Assembly (NCBI GenBank): GCA_959028125.1
Contig: CAUFQQ010000002.1
Location: 99,697-163,696 of the forward strand
Length of the DNA stretch: 64,000 bases
Reading direction: 5' to 3'
Source of the DNA: an uncultured Bifidobacterium sp.
GTDB lineage: Bacteria > Actinomycetota > Actinomycetes > Actinomycetales > Bifidobacteriaceae
The notes below the pieces were generated by a model that saw only the letters and a program-made list of their open reading frames with translations, was not told where the DNA came from and ran no database searches. Of this stretch, positions 10,019-19,955 are shown piece after piece. The stretch's first letter is position 1; each line of letters starts with the position of its first letter. Position numbers and translations under genes: made by a program.

Positions 10019-11221
10019 ATGAGTAGTTACAGCGCTCAGCAATCATCGATTTCAGAAAACAATCGTTCCAGAATTCTGCAATACCTCTACCACAACGGCA
10101 TCAGCTCACGTGCGCAAATCGCCAAAGCCATCGAACTCACACCCGCGGCCATTACGAAAATTACCGCAAAACTACTGTTCCGAGACGTTATCGAAGAAAC
10201 CGGAGACATGGAAGGCGATAAGAATCGTCGTTCCATCGGACTGAATCTCAATTGCGCGAAATACCATGTCGTCGGCGTGAAATTCGCACGAAGCCTGGTG
10301 CAGATCGCAGTGTTCGACCTGAAATGCAATCGTATTTCCCTCACCGACCTGCCCACCGTTGACGAGGAGCATATTCCCGAAACGGTAGAACAGATCCGGG
10401 CCACCGTACGACAGCTCATTGCGGACGATTCGAGCATCGTAGCCGTCGGCATGGCCGTTCCTGGTCCGTATCTGGTGGAGGAAGGTCGCACCGCGCTCGT
10501 CTCATCCATGCAGGGTTGGCGGCAGGTCAACTTCATCAAGGAGTTCAGCGAAGCGTTCAACGTACCCGTATTCGTTGAACAGGACGCACGCGCAGGCGCC
10601 TTGGCGCAGTTCCTGTTCAACCCGGAACTGTCCGAGGGATCGCTCGCCTACTATCTGCTTGGCGAGGGCATCGGCCTCGGCATCATCGACAATGGTTCGA
10701 TCTATTACGGCGCGCACGGCACGGCCACCGAAATCGGACACATCTCCGTTGATGTCAACGGCAAGCCTTGCGACTGCGGCAATATCGGGTGCCTGGAACG
10801 TTACTGCTCAGCCAACGCAATCCACGAACGGCTCAACGAACAGCCGAGCATTGTGCCCGGATGCGAGGCAATGACGCACGCGCAGGCATGCACCGCGCTG
10901 TTCGCCAAAGCTGCGGCAGGAGACAAAGCGGCCATGGATCTGACTTCCGAGGTCGCTCGATATATCGGATATGGCGCGGTCAATATCATCAACGCCTTCA
11001 ATCCGACGCATATCGTACTCGGCGACATCATCTCCCAAGCCGGACAGCCCTTGCTTGACGAGGTCAAAAAAGTCGTTCGGGAACGTACCATCCCCGAAGT
11101 CGGGCACGATACCAAAATCACCTTGTCCAACCTCCCAACGGACGCCACCGTCAGCGGTGCCGCGGCCGTGGCCATCACCAATTTTCTGGAACATCCTTCG
11201 ATGTTCTTTGACGTCGCATAG
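10019..11221 (+). CDS. ROK-family transcriptional repressor
   Basis: N-terminal HTH (SRAQIAKAIELTPAAITKI); ROK signature EIGHISV...CDCGNIGCLE. Confidence 0.92.
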   Translation: MSSYSAQQSSISENNRSRILQYLYHNGISSRAQIAKAIELTPAAITKITAKLLFRDVIEETGDMEGDKNRRSIGLNLNCAKYHVVGVKFARSLVQIAVFDLKCNRISLTDLPTVDEEHIPETVEQIRATVRQLIADDSSIVAVGMAVPGPYLVEEGRTALVSSMQGWRQVNFIKEFSEAFNVPVFVEQDARAGALAQFLFNPELSEGSLAYYLLGEGIGLGIIDNGSIYYGAHGTATEIGHISVDVNGKPCDCGNIGCLERYCSANAIHERLNEQPSIVPGCEAMTHAQACTALFAKAAAGDKAAMDLTSEVARYIGYGAVNIINAFNPTHIVLGDIISQAGQPLLDEVKKVVRERTIPEVGHDTKITLSNLPTDATVSGAAAVAITNFLEHPSMFFDVA

Positions 11222-11248
11222 CACGCCACAACCAAAGAAAGGAACACC

Positions 11249-12148
11249 ATGTCCAAGCCAATCGTCATTTCTCTCGGCGAAATCCTGTGGGATATGCTCC
11301 CCACCGGCAAGCGTGCCGGCGGCGCACCCGTCAATTTCGCATACCATGCGTCCCAGAACGGCGCGGAAAGCTTCGCCATCAGCGCCGTCGGCAACGACGA
11401 GCTGGGCACCGAACTGCTCTCCGACGCTCACAAGGCCGGCATCAACACGCTGGTGCAGACCAACGAATACCCGACCGGCACGGTTGACGTGGCCCTGACC
11501 AACGGCATTCCGGAATACACCATCGTCGAAAACGTGGCTTGGGACCACATCAAGCTCACCGACGAGCTCGTCGAAGCCGTGTCCAAGGCCGACGCCGTCT
11601 GCTTCGGCACCTTGGGTCTGCGCTCCCCCGAATCCCACGACACCATCGTCGAACTGCTCAAGCACACCAAGGAAGGCGCTCTGAAGTTCTTCGACATCAA
11701 CCTGCGTGCGAACTTCTACTCCAACGAACTCATCGAAGAACTGCTCGGCTATGCGAACATCTTCAAGATCAACGACGAAGAGCTGATCATGATGCGCGAC
11801 ATGTTCTCCATTCCTGAGTGCAACGACGAAGAGGCATGCAAGTGGTTCATCGACCGCTTCGACCTTGAGTACACCATTCTGACCGGCGGCGCCACGTTCA
11901 GCACCATCACCGCCAAGAATGGCGAGGTTTCCACGCTGCTGACCCCTCACGTCGAGGTTGCCGATACCGTTGGTGCAGGCGACTCCTTCTCCGGTTCCTT
12001 CACCGGCAAGCTGCTGAGCGGCGCACCGCTCAAGGAAGCGCATCGTGCGGCTGTGAACACCGCCGCCTACGTGTGCACCAAGGAAGGCGGCTGGCCAACC
12101 TACCCTGCGGAAGGCGTTCCGGATTATCTCGCCGAAGCCGGCAAGTAA
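11249..12148 (+). CDS. PfkB-family carbohydrate kinase (fructokinase-like)
   Basis: GEILWD, GGAPVNFA, FFDINLR, DTVGAGDSF. Confidence 0.88.
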   Translation: MSKPIVISLGEILWDMLPTGKRAGGAPVNFAYHASQNGAESFAISAVGNDELGTELLSDAHKAGINTLVQTNEYPTGTVDVALTNGIPEYTIVENVAWDHIKLTDELVEAVSKADAVCFGTLGLRSPESHDTIVELLKHTKEGALKFFDINLRANFYSNELIEELLGYANIFKINDEELIMMRDMFSIPECNDEEACKWFIDRFDLEYTILTGGATFSTITAKNGEVSTLLTPHVEVADTVGAGDSFSGSFTGKLLSGAPLKEAHRAAVNTAAYVCTKEGGWPTYPAEGVPDYLAEAGK

Positions 12149-12171
12149 GCCCAGATTTTCCTTTCATCATC

Positions 12172-12206
12172 AACGAGGCCATGTCTGCCATCATGGCCTC
12201 GTTTTT
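12172..12206 (+). terminator. Rho-independent terminator
   Basis: AACGAGGCCATG / CATGGCCTCGTT stem followed by a T-run. Confidence 0.75.
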
Positions 12207-12280
12207 CATACCCATATTCAATCCGCAATTGGTGCAATCACGATTGTCACGATATACGCACCTCAACGAAGAATGATGCC

Positions 12281-13606
12281 ATGAACGACACCAGCAACAC
12301 CACAAACGCCGCTTCACAATCCGATATTCCGCAGTCAGTTTCCGATTTCATGCGGCATATCACCGACTTGTGTGGCGGCGAACACGCAAGATGGGCCGAA
12401 AACTTCAACGCAGGATTCGCCAATACACTCACCACCACCGTGAGACGGCATGATGACGGCACGACGTTTCTGCTGACGGGAGACATACCTGCCATGTGGC
12501 TGCGCGACTCCTCAGCGCAATTCCGACCATATCTCGCCGTAGCCGTAGATGATCCCGAGCTCACCGCGCTTATTACCGGGCTTGTTCGGCAGCAATTCAG
12601 GTTCATCAATATCGATCCATACGCAAACGCGTTCAACGAAACACCCAGCGGCGCTACCTGGGATCCGAACGATCAGACCGATTCGTTCGAACCATGGTTG
12701 TGGGAACGCAAATACGAGGTGGACTCCCTGTGCTATCCCATTCAGCTGGCGTGGCTGTTGTATCGCAATACAGGAACCACCAGCCATTTCGATGATGCGT
12801 TTGTAAGCGGCATCCGTCGAATCCTTGACGTGTTCGAAACCGAGCTTGACCATTCGAATTCGCATTACCGCTTCTTCCGTCCGAACGACGATCCGCGCGA
12901 CAGCGTGCCCAACCATGGTGCCGGAGGACCTTTTGCCGTCACCGGCATGACATGGTCCGGATTCCGCCCCAGCGACGACGCCTGCGTCTACCCATATCTC
13001 GTGCCGTCCAACATGTTCGCCAGCGTGGTCATGGGATATGTGCAAAGGATTTTCATCGACGTGCTTGACGATCGTGAAATCGCCGGTCGTGCCGCGGCGC
13101 TGCAGCATTCCATCGATGATGGTCTTGCCCATCACGCAACCATCCGCAATGCGGCCGGAAACGCTATCTACGCATACGAAGTGGACGGTCTCGGCAACGC
13201 GTTGCTCATGGATGACAGCAATGTGCCGAATCTTATGTCGGCACCTTATCTCGGATTCTGCGAAGCGGACGATCCGCTGTATCTCGAAACGCGCAATACT
13301 TTGCTGAGTCAGGAGAATCCTTACTATTTCGAGGGTGACTATGCACATGCCATCGGTTCTCCGCATACGCCAGAAGGTTATGTTTGGCCGATCGCCATGG
13401 CCATGCAAGGATTGACAAGCCACGACAAAGCCGAAAAAGAACGTATTCTTGATCAACTTGTCGCCGCCGACGCCGGCACGCATCTCATGCATGAAAGCTT
13501 TGACGCGAACGACCCGAACTCCTATACCCGTCCGTGGTTCAGCTGGGCCAATATGATGTTCTGTGAATTGGTCATGGATTATTTCGGTATTCACGTCAAG
13601 CCGTGA
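12281..13606 (+). CDS. Glycoside hydrolase family 125 (exo-alpha-1,6-mannosidase)
   Basis: TGDIPAMWLRDSSAQ, WERKYEVDSLCY, SGFRPSDDAC, MDDSNVP, HESF...RPWFSWAN; no signal peptide. Confidence 0.92.
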   Translation: MNDTSNTTNAASQSDIPQSVSDFMRHITDLCGGEHARWAENFNAGFANTLTTTVRRHDDGTTFLLTGDIPAMWLRDSSAQFRPYLAVAVDDPELTALITGLVRQQFRFINIDPYANAFNETPSGATWDPNDQTDSFEPWLWERKYEVDSLCYPIQLAWLLYRNTGTTSHFDDAFVSGIRRILDVFETELDHSNSHYRFFRPNDDPRDSVPNHGAGGPFAVTGMTWSGFRPSDDACVYPYLVPSNMFASVVMGYVQRIFIDVLDDREIAGRAAALQHSIDDGLAHHATIRNAAGNAIYAYEVDGLGNALLMDDSNVPNLMSAPYLGFCEADDPLYLETRNTLLSQENPYYFEGDYAHAIGSPHTPEGYVWPIAMAMQGLTSHDKAEKERILDQLVAADAGTHLMHESFDANDPNSYTRPWFSWANMMFCELVMDYFGIHVKP

Positions 13607-13734
13607 GTGGCTATCAGTTTAAGCTTTGGCTTCGCTCACAGCGCAAGAATTACGGTAGATGATTTGCACTTATTGACATTCCATGATATCTTGAAAAGTC
13701 CGGTCTTGCACCGGGTGCTTGATAATTCAAGATT

Positions 13735-14128
13735 GGGGATGATCGGTTTCGACGGTGACCTGTTCGTCGCAGGGAAGCGTGCCGAGAACGTAGGGTCCGC
13801 TCGTGGATGCCCCCTACAAAAGAATAAGTGCTAAATCTAACCGCACTGAGTTCGCTCTCGCTGCCTGAGCTTCGCGCCAGGATTAACCAGTGAGCAGCCG
13901 CTCCGTTCACTCCTTCTCGTCTTTGGAAGGATGCTGAGCGTCGTTTAGAAGACTTGCTTTGTCGGCTGAGCCACAGGGCCGGCAAGGGACTTTTACTGTA
14001 GATATGCCCGCCATCAGTTGTCTGCGATATCGATGGGAGCAGAAAAACCGCCGCACGGCCAGCAGACTACGCACGTAGAAGACTGAGGGTTCGGTTATCG
14101 GACCGGGGTTCAATTCCCCGCATCTCCA
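13735..14128 (+). ncRNA. ssrA: Transfer-messenger RNA
   Basis: 5' GGGGATGATCGGTTTCGAC; 3' T-arm GGGGTTCAATTCCCC then GCATCTCCA; tag frame at 13830-13868 encodes AKSNRTEFALAA*. Confidence 0.96.
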
Positions 14129-14135
14129 CGGATTG

Positions 14136-14160
14136 AAAGCCGCCAGAAATGGCGGCTTTT
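14136..14160 (+). terminator. Terminator after ssrA
   Basis: AAAGCCGCCA-GAAA-TGGCGGCTTT(T). Confidence 0.8.
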
Positions 14161-14431
14161 CTTGTATTTCCAACGGTTTTCGAAGATTCCTGGGTTTACT
14201 CCAAATTACCCCCGATATGCCGGATGTTCTAAAAAAATGTGGGCAAAAATCCCTCCTCCGGCTTGCTTAATCTCTTCCAAATTCCATCTGTCTACCACCC
14301 TAAACAGCATGCAAGGTACGTTTTTAGGTACTCCTCTTCACAAGACAACCTCGTCAAATCAACATACGAAGAATCCAGCTCTCCCCCATCACAAATCATC
14401 AGAATCCCACCATCAAATTCCGTGTGTCGAT

Positions 14432-14480
14432 TTGCATTAACCGCTTAAGTGGTTAACATAGTTAATACATCAACCTAGTT
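14432..14480 (+). promoter_or_regulatory. Promoter/operator of the AGE-family gene, similar to the ROK promoter
   Basis: TTGCAT at 14432; TTAAC-ATA-GTTAA (14453-14465) followed by TACATCAACCTAGTT. Confidence 0.65.
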
Positions 14481-14520
14481 ATCACGTCACAGCAGACGAC
14501 GTCAAGGAAGGACTTGATCG

Positions 14521-15777
14521 ATGACCTGCACTTACTCTCCCGAAGCCTACGTGTTCGGCTCCGAAGAAAACCACGCCCTGCTCGAGGCGGAAACCAACGA
14601 GCTCCTGCATTTCGGACACAATTTCCCCGCCCCGCAGGGTGGCTCCTACTGGCTGGACGATACCGGCAATCCGGATCTGACCCAAAACATCCACACGTGG
14701 ATCACCTGCCGCATGGCGCACGTGTATTCCTTGGGGTTCCTGCACGGCGAGCCGGGCGCCGCAGAACTGGTTGACAAGGCCATCGCCGGCCTGCGCGGTC
14801 CGCTGCATGACGATGAAAACGGCGGATGGTATCCGTCCATTTCCGCAGACGGCTCCACCCATGAAGCAGGCAAGGTCTGCTACGCCCACGCTTTCGTGAT
14901 TCTTGCCGCCACTTCCGCCAAGCTTATCGGCCGCCCGGACGCGGACGAGCTGCTCGAAGAGGCTCTGGCAACCTACGACAAGCATTTCTGGGATGACGAG
15001 ATCGGTCTGGCCGTCGATACTTGGAACACGGAATTCACCGAGCTTGACTCCTATCGCGGCATCAATGCCAATATGCACACCACCGAAGCATTCCTTGCCG
15101 TTGCCGATGTGGCCGGAAACGAGGAATACCGCGAGCGCGCTGGTCGTATCATCGATCATGTGGTCGGATGGGCAGCCAACAATAACTGGCGTATTCCTGA
15201 GCATTTCACCGCCGATTGGCAGCCGGATCTCGAATGCAACCATGACAAGCCGGATGACCAGTTCAAGCCGTACGGCGCCACTCCGGGCCATGGCATCGAG
15301 TGGGCACGTCTCATCACCCAGTATGCGTTGAGCTCCAAGCAGCGTTCCGAAGAAGGCAAGCAGCAGCTTATCGAAGCCGCCGAGAACCTGTTCGCTCAGG
15401 CACTTGCCGACGCCTGGAACGCCGAAGGCACCATCGGTTTGGCTTACACCACCGATTGGAACGGCAAGCCCGTTGTCACCGACCGCATGCACTGGACGCT
15501 TGCCGAATCCGTGAACACCTCGGCCACACTGGCCACCGTCACCGGCAAGCAGGTGTACAAGGATTGGTATGCGACCTTCTGGAAGTACATTGACGAATAC
15601 CTGATCGACCATAAGAACGGTTCTTGGTTCCACCAGCTGAACAAAGACAACGAGGTCATCGGTACCGTCTGGCCGGGCAAGTCCGACCTGTACCATGCCA
15701 CGCAGTGCACGCTGATTCCGCGTCTCGATCCCGCGGTCTCCGTCGCTCCTGCGTTGAAGGCCAATCCGAACGCCTGA
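14521..15777 (+). CDS. AGE-family (YihS-like) aldose-ketose isomerase/epimerase, probable D-mannose isomerase
   Basis: WITCRMAHVYS, YAHAFVILAA, NANMHTTEA, GATPGHGIEWARL, KSDLYH (three catalytic-type His). Substrate inferred from context. Confidence 0.85.
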   Translation: MTCTYSPEAYVFGSEENHALLEAETNELLHFGHNFPAPQGGSYWLDDTGNPDLTQNIHTWITCRMAHVYSLGFLHGEPGAAELVDKAIAGLRGPLHDDENGGWYPSISADGSTHEAGKVCYAHAFVILAATSAKLIGRPDADELLEEALATYDKHFWDDEIGLAVDTWNTEFTELDSYRGINANMHTTEAFLAVADVAGNEEYRERAGRIIDHVVGWAANNNWRIPEHFTADWQPDLECNHDKPDDQFKPYGATPGHGIEWARLITQYALSSKQRSEEGKQQLIEAAENLFAQALADAWNAEGTIGLAYTTDWNGKPVVTDRMHWTLAESVNTSATLATVTGKQVYKDWYATFWKYIDEYLIDHKNGSWFHQLNKDNEVIGTVWPGKSDLYHATQCTLIPRLDPAVSVAPALKANPNA

Positions 15778-15819
15778 CGGCCTCCAATAATCGAACTTCT
15801 CCTTCTCTCCTCCTATTCG

Positions 15820-15858
15820 CGAAGAACCCAGGTACCGCAAGGCAACCGGGGTTCTTCG
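15820..15858. terminator. Hairpin between convergent AGE gene and ftsQ
   Basis: CGAAGAACCC...GGGTTCTTCG inverted repeat. Confidence 0.6.
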
Positions 15859-15871
15859 TATATCAACGCGA

Positions 15872-16963
15872 CTATTTGATGATTGGACGCAACGGCGCAG
15901 ACACGTCGACGTTATGCTTGTCTCCGATCACATTCGGATCATTGATGATTTTATCGACGACAGCTTTCTTCAACTTGAGACCGGATGAATCGCCCCATAC
16001 GATCACACGGTCTCCCCCATTGATTTCCGTGGTGATGGAATCCTGGGTTTCGGCAGTCACCTTGGTGATGGAGTTGCGCATCGATTCCGGCAATGAGCTG
16101 AGGATCTTCAACGCCTCCTTGATGGAACGATTGCTCAGACTTGTTTCGACATCCTTCACTTCAATGACGGGAATTCCTTCCACGGAAGCTCCGCTGACGG
16201 AATTCAATATACGCCCCTTGCTGTCGACCGCGGTCATGCTGTCCTCGCCTGTCTTGAGCATCGCAGCAGGCTTTTGCGCCTTGATGGTCACTTCAAGGGA
16301 GTCGGGCAGTTTTTTCTTGGATTGCGCGGAAGTGACTCCAGGAATCTCCTTGATTTTCTTTTCCACGTCATTGTTCGACACGAGAAGAATCGATTTTCCT
16401 GCTTGCTGGCCCGCAATATCCAACACCTGAGACTCACTCACCCATTCGTTGGCGCCGACAACGCTAATATTGCCGGACTCGAGACGGAATACCGATGAGA
16501 AGAAAAACAGCCATACCAACGCGCCTGCAACAACAATGACAGCAGCGGAAACGCACGCGCGCATGGCGACGACACGCGCGTTCGCCTTGCGTCGTTCTTT
16601 CAGACGCGCACTGAAATCAACCACCTTCGGGCGCGTTACCACGCCCAACGTGCCTATGGTTTCCTCCAATGTCTTCGAAACGAAATCCTCGCCGGCAAGA
16701 TTGCGCGCGTCCACGAAATCGCCTGATCTCGAACGACTCACGCTGCCTTTGTTGCCACTCTCAACCGTATTTTCCTGCGTCTTCTTCCCGGAAGAAGACG
16801 CGCGTCCCGCTCCACCAGCGACGGAACGGCCTTTCGGCTGAACCTGCTTTCCGGCATCGCTGTGTTTCCGGCTTTGGATGGTTCTACCATGCGACGTCTG
16901 ATTTTCAGGCGTCGTTGCGGAACCATCCGAACCCGTACCTGAACTGATGACCCTTCGCGTCAT
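15872..16963 (-). CDS. ftsQ: Cell division protein FtsQ/DivIB
   Basis: Single TM, POTRA-like region, VWGDSS...LK, DVSAP C-terminus; last gene of the dcw cluster. Confidence 0.85.
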   Translation of the reverse strand: MTRRVISSGTGSDGSATTPENQTSHGRTIQSRKHSDAGKQVQPKGRSVAGGAGRASSSGKKTQENTVESGNKGSVSRSRSGDFVDARNLAGEDFVSKTLEETIGTLGVVTRPKVVDFSARLKERRKANARVVAMRACVSAAVIVVAGALVWLFFFSSVFRLESGNISVVGANEWVSESQVLDIAGQQAGKSILLVSNNDVEKKIKEIPGVTSAQSKKKLPDSLEVTIKAQKPAAMLKTGEDSMTAVDSKGRILNSVSGASVEGIPVIEVKDVETSLSNRSIKEALKILSSLPESMRNSITKVTAETQDSITTEINGGDRVIVWGDSSGLKLKKAVVDKIINDPNVIGDKHNVDVSAPLRPIIK

Positions 16964-18528
16964 CAGCCCTCACAATCCCAACGATGAGCCTGAAGGGAGT
17001 GCAGCATCACCTCGTCCATCTGTGTGATGTCGCCTGCGCCAACAGTGAAGATGACATCGCCATGATGAGCACGCATCGTCATCATCTGTGCCGCGGTATG
17101 CATATCCTCCACTCCGCGAATCCAATCCTCGGCAGGCGTGTGGTCAAGCTTAAGCGCCTCGTCCACAATGGTGGCGGAGCTAATCGTCGGATAGTCCTCC
17201 TGCTTTTCACGTGCGGGGAAAATGCCGGTGACGATCACATCATCCGCCTTGGCCAATGCTTCAGCGAATTCACTCGCAAAGAACATGGTCCGGGAGAACA
17301 GGTGCGGCTGGAAGATCACGCGAATCACCGACTGCGGGTACCTGCGGCGCGCCGCATCCAGCAATGCCGAAATCTCCGTAGGATGATGCGCGTAATCATC
17401 AACGACAGTCACTTGGCCGACCATACCACGCACTTGGAAACGACGGGCAGCTCCAAGGAACGACGTGGCGGCTTGGGCAGCGTTCTCGACATCGACGCCC
17501 AACAACGCGGCCGCAATAATCGCAGCGGAGGCATTGCGCGCGTTGTGAATGCCTGGAACGGTAAGCGTCACCGGAACCATACGCTCATGTTCGCCCAACA
17601 ATCCCGCGGGCATGTGTAAGGTGAAATGTTCGGCACCGCTTTGCGCGCTTTCGCTTTCCGATTCGATATGCACGAACGCGGCACCGTTCAAATCACCCAA
17701 CGAAACCGTATCCTGCGTCGCATACACGACCGTACGCTTGGCCGTCTGCGGATCGAGAGCACGCAATACCGCAAGATTGCCTTCATCATCGCCGCACATC
17801 ACCACCGATTTTTCGGCATGCTGAACATGATTGACAAAAGCCGCACGATAGTTTTCCTGCGTGCCGTAATGGTCGAGATGATCGGCTTCGGAGTTGGTGA
17901 CAATAGCGATTTCCGGATGATACTTGGCAAAGCTGCCATCGGATTCGTCCGCTTCCGCCACAAGAACGTCGCCCTTACCAGCATGGCCTCCGTCAATCGT
18001 CACACCATCCTTGCCTTGGATGGATCCGCCGATGGCATAGCTTGGATCGGCCAGATTTCCCTCACCGGCATGGGTGAGGATATGGGCCAGCATGGAACTG
18101 GTCGTGGTTTTGCCATGAGCTCCTGCGACCGTCACCGCACGTTTTGCGTTCATCAGCAATGCGAGAATGTCGCTGCGGTGCACGATGCGTTCGCCTGCTT
18201 CGTATGCTGCGACGATTTCCGGATTGTCGGATTTGATGGCGCTGGAGAATACGACGGTATGTTTGCCTTCGACGTTTTCTGCGCGCTGCCCGAATTCGAC
18301 GGTAATGCCGATTCCCTGCAGACGATCGGTTTTGGCGCTGGGTTCACGATCTGAACCGTCCACTTCAACGCCCTGTTCGTGCAGCATTTCAGCGAGCACG
18401 CTCATGCCCGCGCCTCCAATGCCGATGAAATGGGTTGCCCCCAAATCATTCACGCCTTCCTGCGGACTGAACGACGCATGGGTTGGATCAAGAACGATGG
18501 TACCGGCTTCACGCTGGTTGTCAGACAC
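16963..18528 (-). CDS. murC: UDP-N-acetylmuramate--L-alanine ligase
   Basis: HFIGIGGAGMS, GAHGKTTTS, EADESDGSF, DDYAHHPTE. Confidence 0.95.
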   Translation of the reverse strand: MSDNQREAGTIVLDPTHASFSPQEGVNDLGATHFIGIGGAGMSVLAEMLHEQGVEVDGSDREPSAKTDRLQGIGITVEFGQRAENVEGKHTVVFSSAIKSDNPEIVAAYEAGERIVHRSDILALLMNAKRAVTVAGAHGKTTTSSMLAHILTHAGEGNLADPSYAIGGSIQGKDGVTIDGGHAGKGDVLVAEADESDGSFAKYHPEIAIVTNSEADHLDHYGTQENYRAAFVNHVQHAEKSVVMCGDDEGNLAVLRALDPQTAKRTVVYATQDTVSLGDLNGAAFVHIESESESAQSGAEHFTLHMPAGLLGEHERMVPVTLTVPGIHNARNASAAIIAAALLGVDVENAAQAATSFLGAARRFQVRGMVGQVTVVDDYAHHPTEISALLDAARRRYPQSVIRVIFQPHLFSRTMFFASEFAEALAKADDVIVTGIFPAREKQEDYPTISSATIVDEALKLDHTPAEDWIRGVEDMHTAAQMMTMRAHHGDVIFTVGAGDITQMDEVMLHSLQAHRWDCEG

Positions 18529-18649
18529 GACTGCTCCTCTTGCATGTTTTTTCTAGCTTGTTCCATTATGGTCTCACCCATGGTCTCGCATATGGCCGAT
18601 CATGGGTGGGATTTTGGAATGCGACGAACGCACCTGCCGTCGCCGCAGC

Positions 18650-19825
18650 CTACTTTTCGTCAATCATGGAAAGCACGCGCTTGGCCATGACTTCGGCGGC
18701 ATCTCGAATACCGTATTGCCAGGCGTTGTCGCCATACTTGGCAAGCAGATCCGAATCGGCAAGCAGCTTCGGCACATGCTGTTTGACCCATTCGGCGGTG
18801 AATTCGCGATCAGCCACCATCAGACCGCCTTCCGCATCGACGACAGGCTGGGCGTTGAATCGCTGCTCGCCGTTGCCGATTGGCAGCGGAACATAAATCG
18901 CGGGGAGTCCCAAAGCCGTCAATTCCGATACGGTGCCGGCCCCAGAGCGACAGATAATCAGGTCGGCGCAAGCGAATGCGAGATCAATACGTTCCAAATA
19001 CGGCGCAACACGATAATCGCCATCATTGCCATGGTCCGGGCCAAGCTCGCCAAGCACCTGTTCGCCGGCGCTCACCGACACCAATGAACGCACTTCATCA
19101 TCTTTGCCTTTCCCAGTCAGATGAATCACCTGGGCGTGTTCCAGCAACTCCCTAGCGGAAGCCGCCACCGCACGGTTCACGTTCACCGCGCCCAGCGACC
19201 CTCCAGTCACCACCACCAGTGGACGGTTCGGATCGACACCGAGTTGCGCTGCGGCCGATTGTCTTGTGGCAATGCGGTCATGTTCCATGCCATGGGCTAT
19301 CGCTGCGATTTCGGCACGCAATGGCAATCCCACACGCTCGGCTTCAACACCCTTGCGTGGCTTCAAGCCGGTTTGCGCATAGGCGGTGCCAATCATGGAC
19401 GCCCAGCGAGCTCCCAATTTGTTGGCCATTCCGGCACGGGCATTCTGCTCATGCATCGCGATCGGAATGCCCATCTTGTGCGCTGCCGCATATACGGGAG
19501 CGGACGTGTATCCGCCGAAGCCGACAACCACCTGCGCCTCATGACGGGTGAGAATGTCACGGACTTTGGCCGTTTCGGCCTTCCACTGCGCGGGAAACTT
19601 CAGCGCCGCCATATTGGGCCTGCGTGGGAAAGGAACCTTCTCAATGGTTTCCAGTTCGAAACCGGCCTGGGGAACCAAATCGTGTTCCAAGCCGACGACA
19701 GTGCCCACCACTGCGATATCGGCGTCTGGTTCAAGCTCGCGAATCACATGCGCCACGGCGAGCAGAGGATTGACATGACCTGCCGTACCACCGCCGGCAA
19801 GAACGATATGCTTCTGATTGCTCAT
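18650..19825 (-). CDS. murG: Lipid I GlcNAc transferase
   Basis: [31 protein letters not shown]. Confidence 0.95.
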   Translation of the reverse strand: MSNQKHIVLAGGGTAGHVNPLLAVAHVIRELEPDADIAVVGTVVGLEHDLVPQAGFELETIEKVPFPRRPNMAALKFPAQWKAETAKVRDILTRHEAQVVVGFGGYTSAPVYAAAHKMGIPIAMHEQNARAGMANKLGARWASMIGTAYAQTGLKPRKGVEAERVGLPLRAEIAAIAHGMEHDRIATRQSAAAQLGVDPNRPLVVVTGGSLGAVNVNRAVAASARELLEHAQVIHLTGKGKDDEVRSLVSVSAGEQVLGELGPDHGNDGDYRVAPYLERIDLAFACADLIICRSGAGTVSELTALGLPAIYVPLPIGNGEQRFNAQPVVDAEGGLMVADREFTAEWVKQHVPKLLADSDLLAKYGDNAWQYGIRDAAEVMAKRVLSMIDEK

Positions 19826-19955
19826 AGTGTACGAGCTTAGCCCACGGCACCCCAGTACGCCGCGCGCCATACCGTCGCACACGCGGATGCTCACATTTCA
19901 TCTACGTTTGCACACCGCAATACGCGGTAGCGTATGCTGCGGTCGCAGCCGACAC

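Noticed and set aside
14095..14130. tRNA-like T-arm GGTTCAATTCC
   Set aside because: It is the 3' tRNA-like domain of tmRNA, not a separate tRNA.
14162..14448. Short ORFs on both strands after ssrA
   Set aside because: No clear RBS, atypical composition and no recognisable motifs.
18568..18590. ATGGTCTC tandem repeat between murG and murC
   Set aside because: Two short copies only, compatible with chance.
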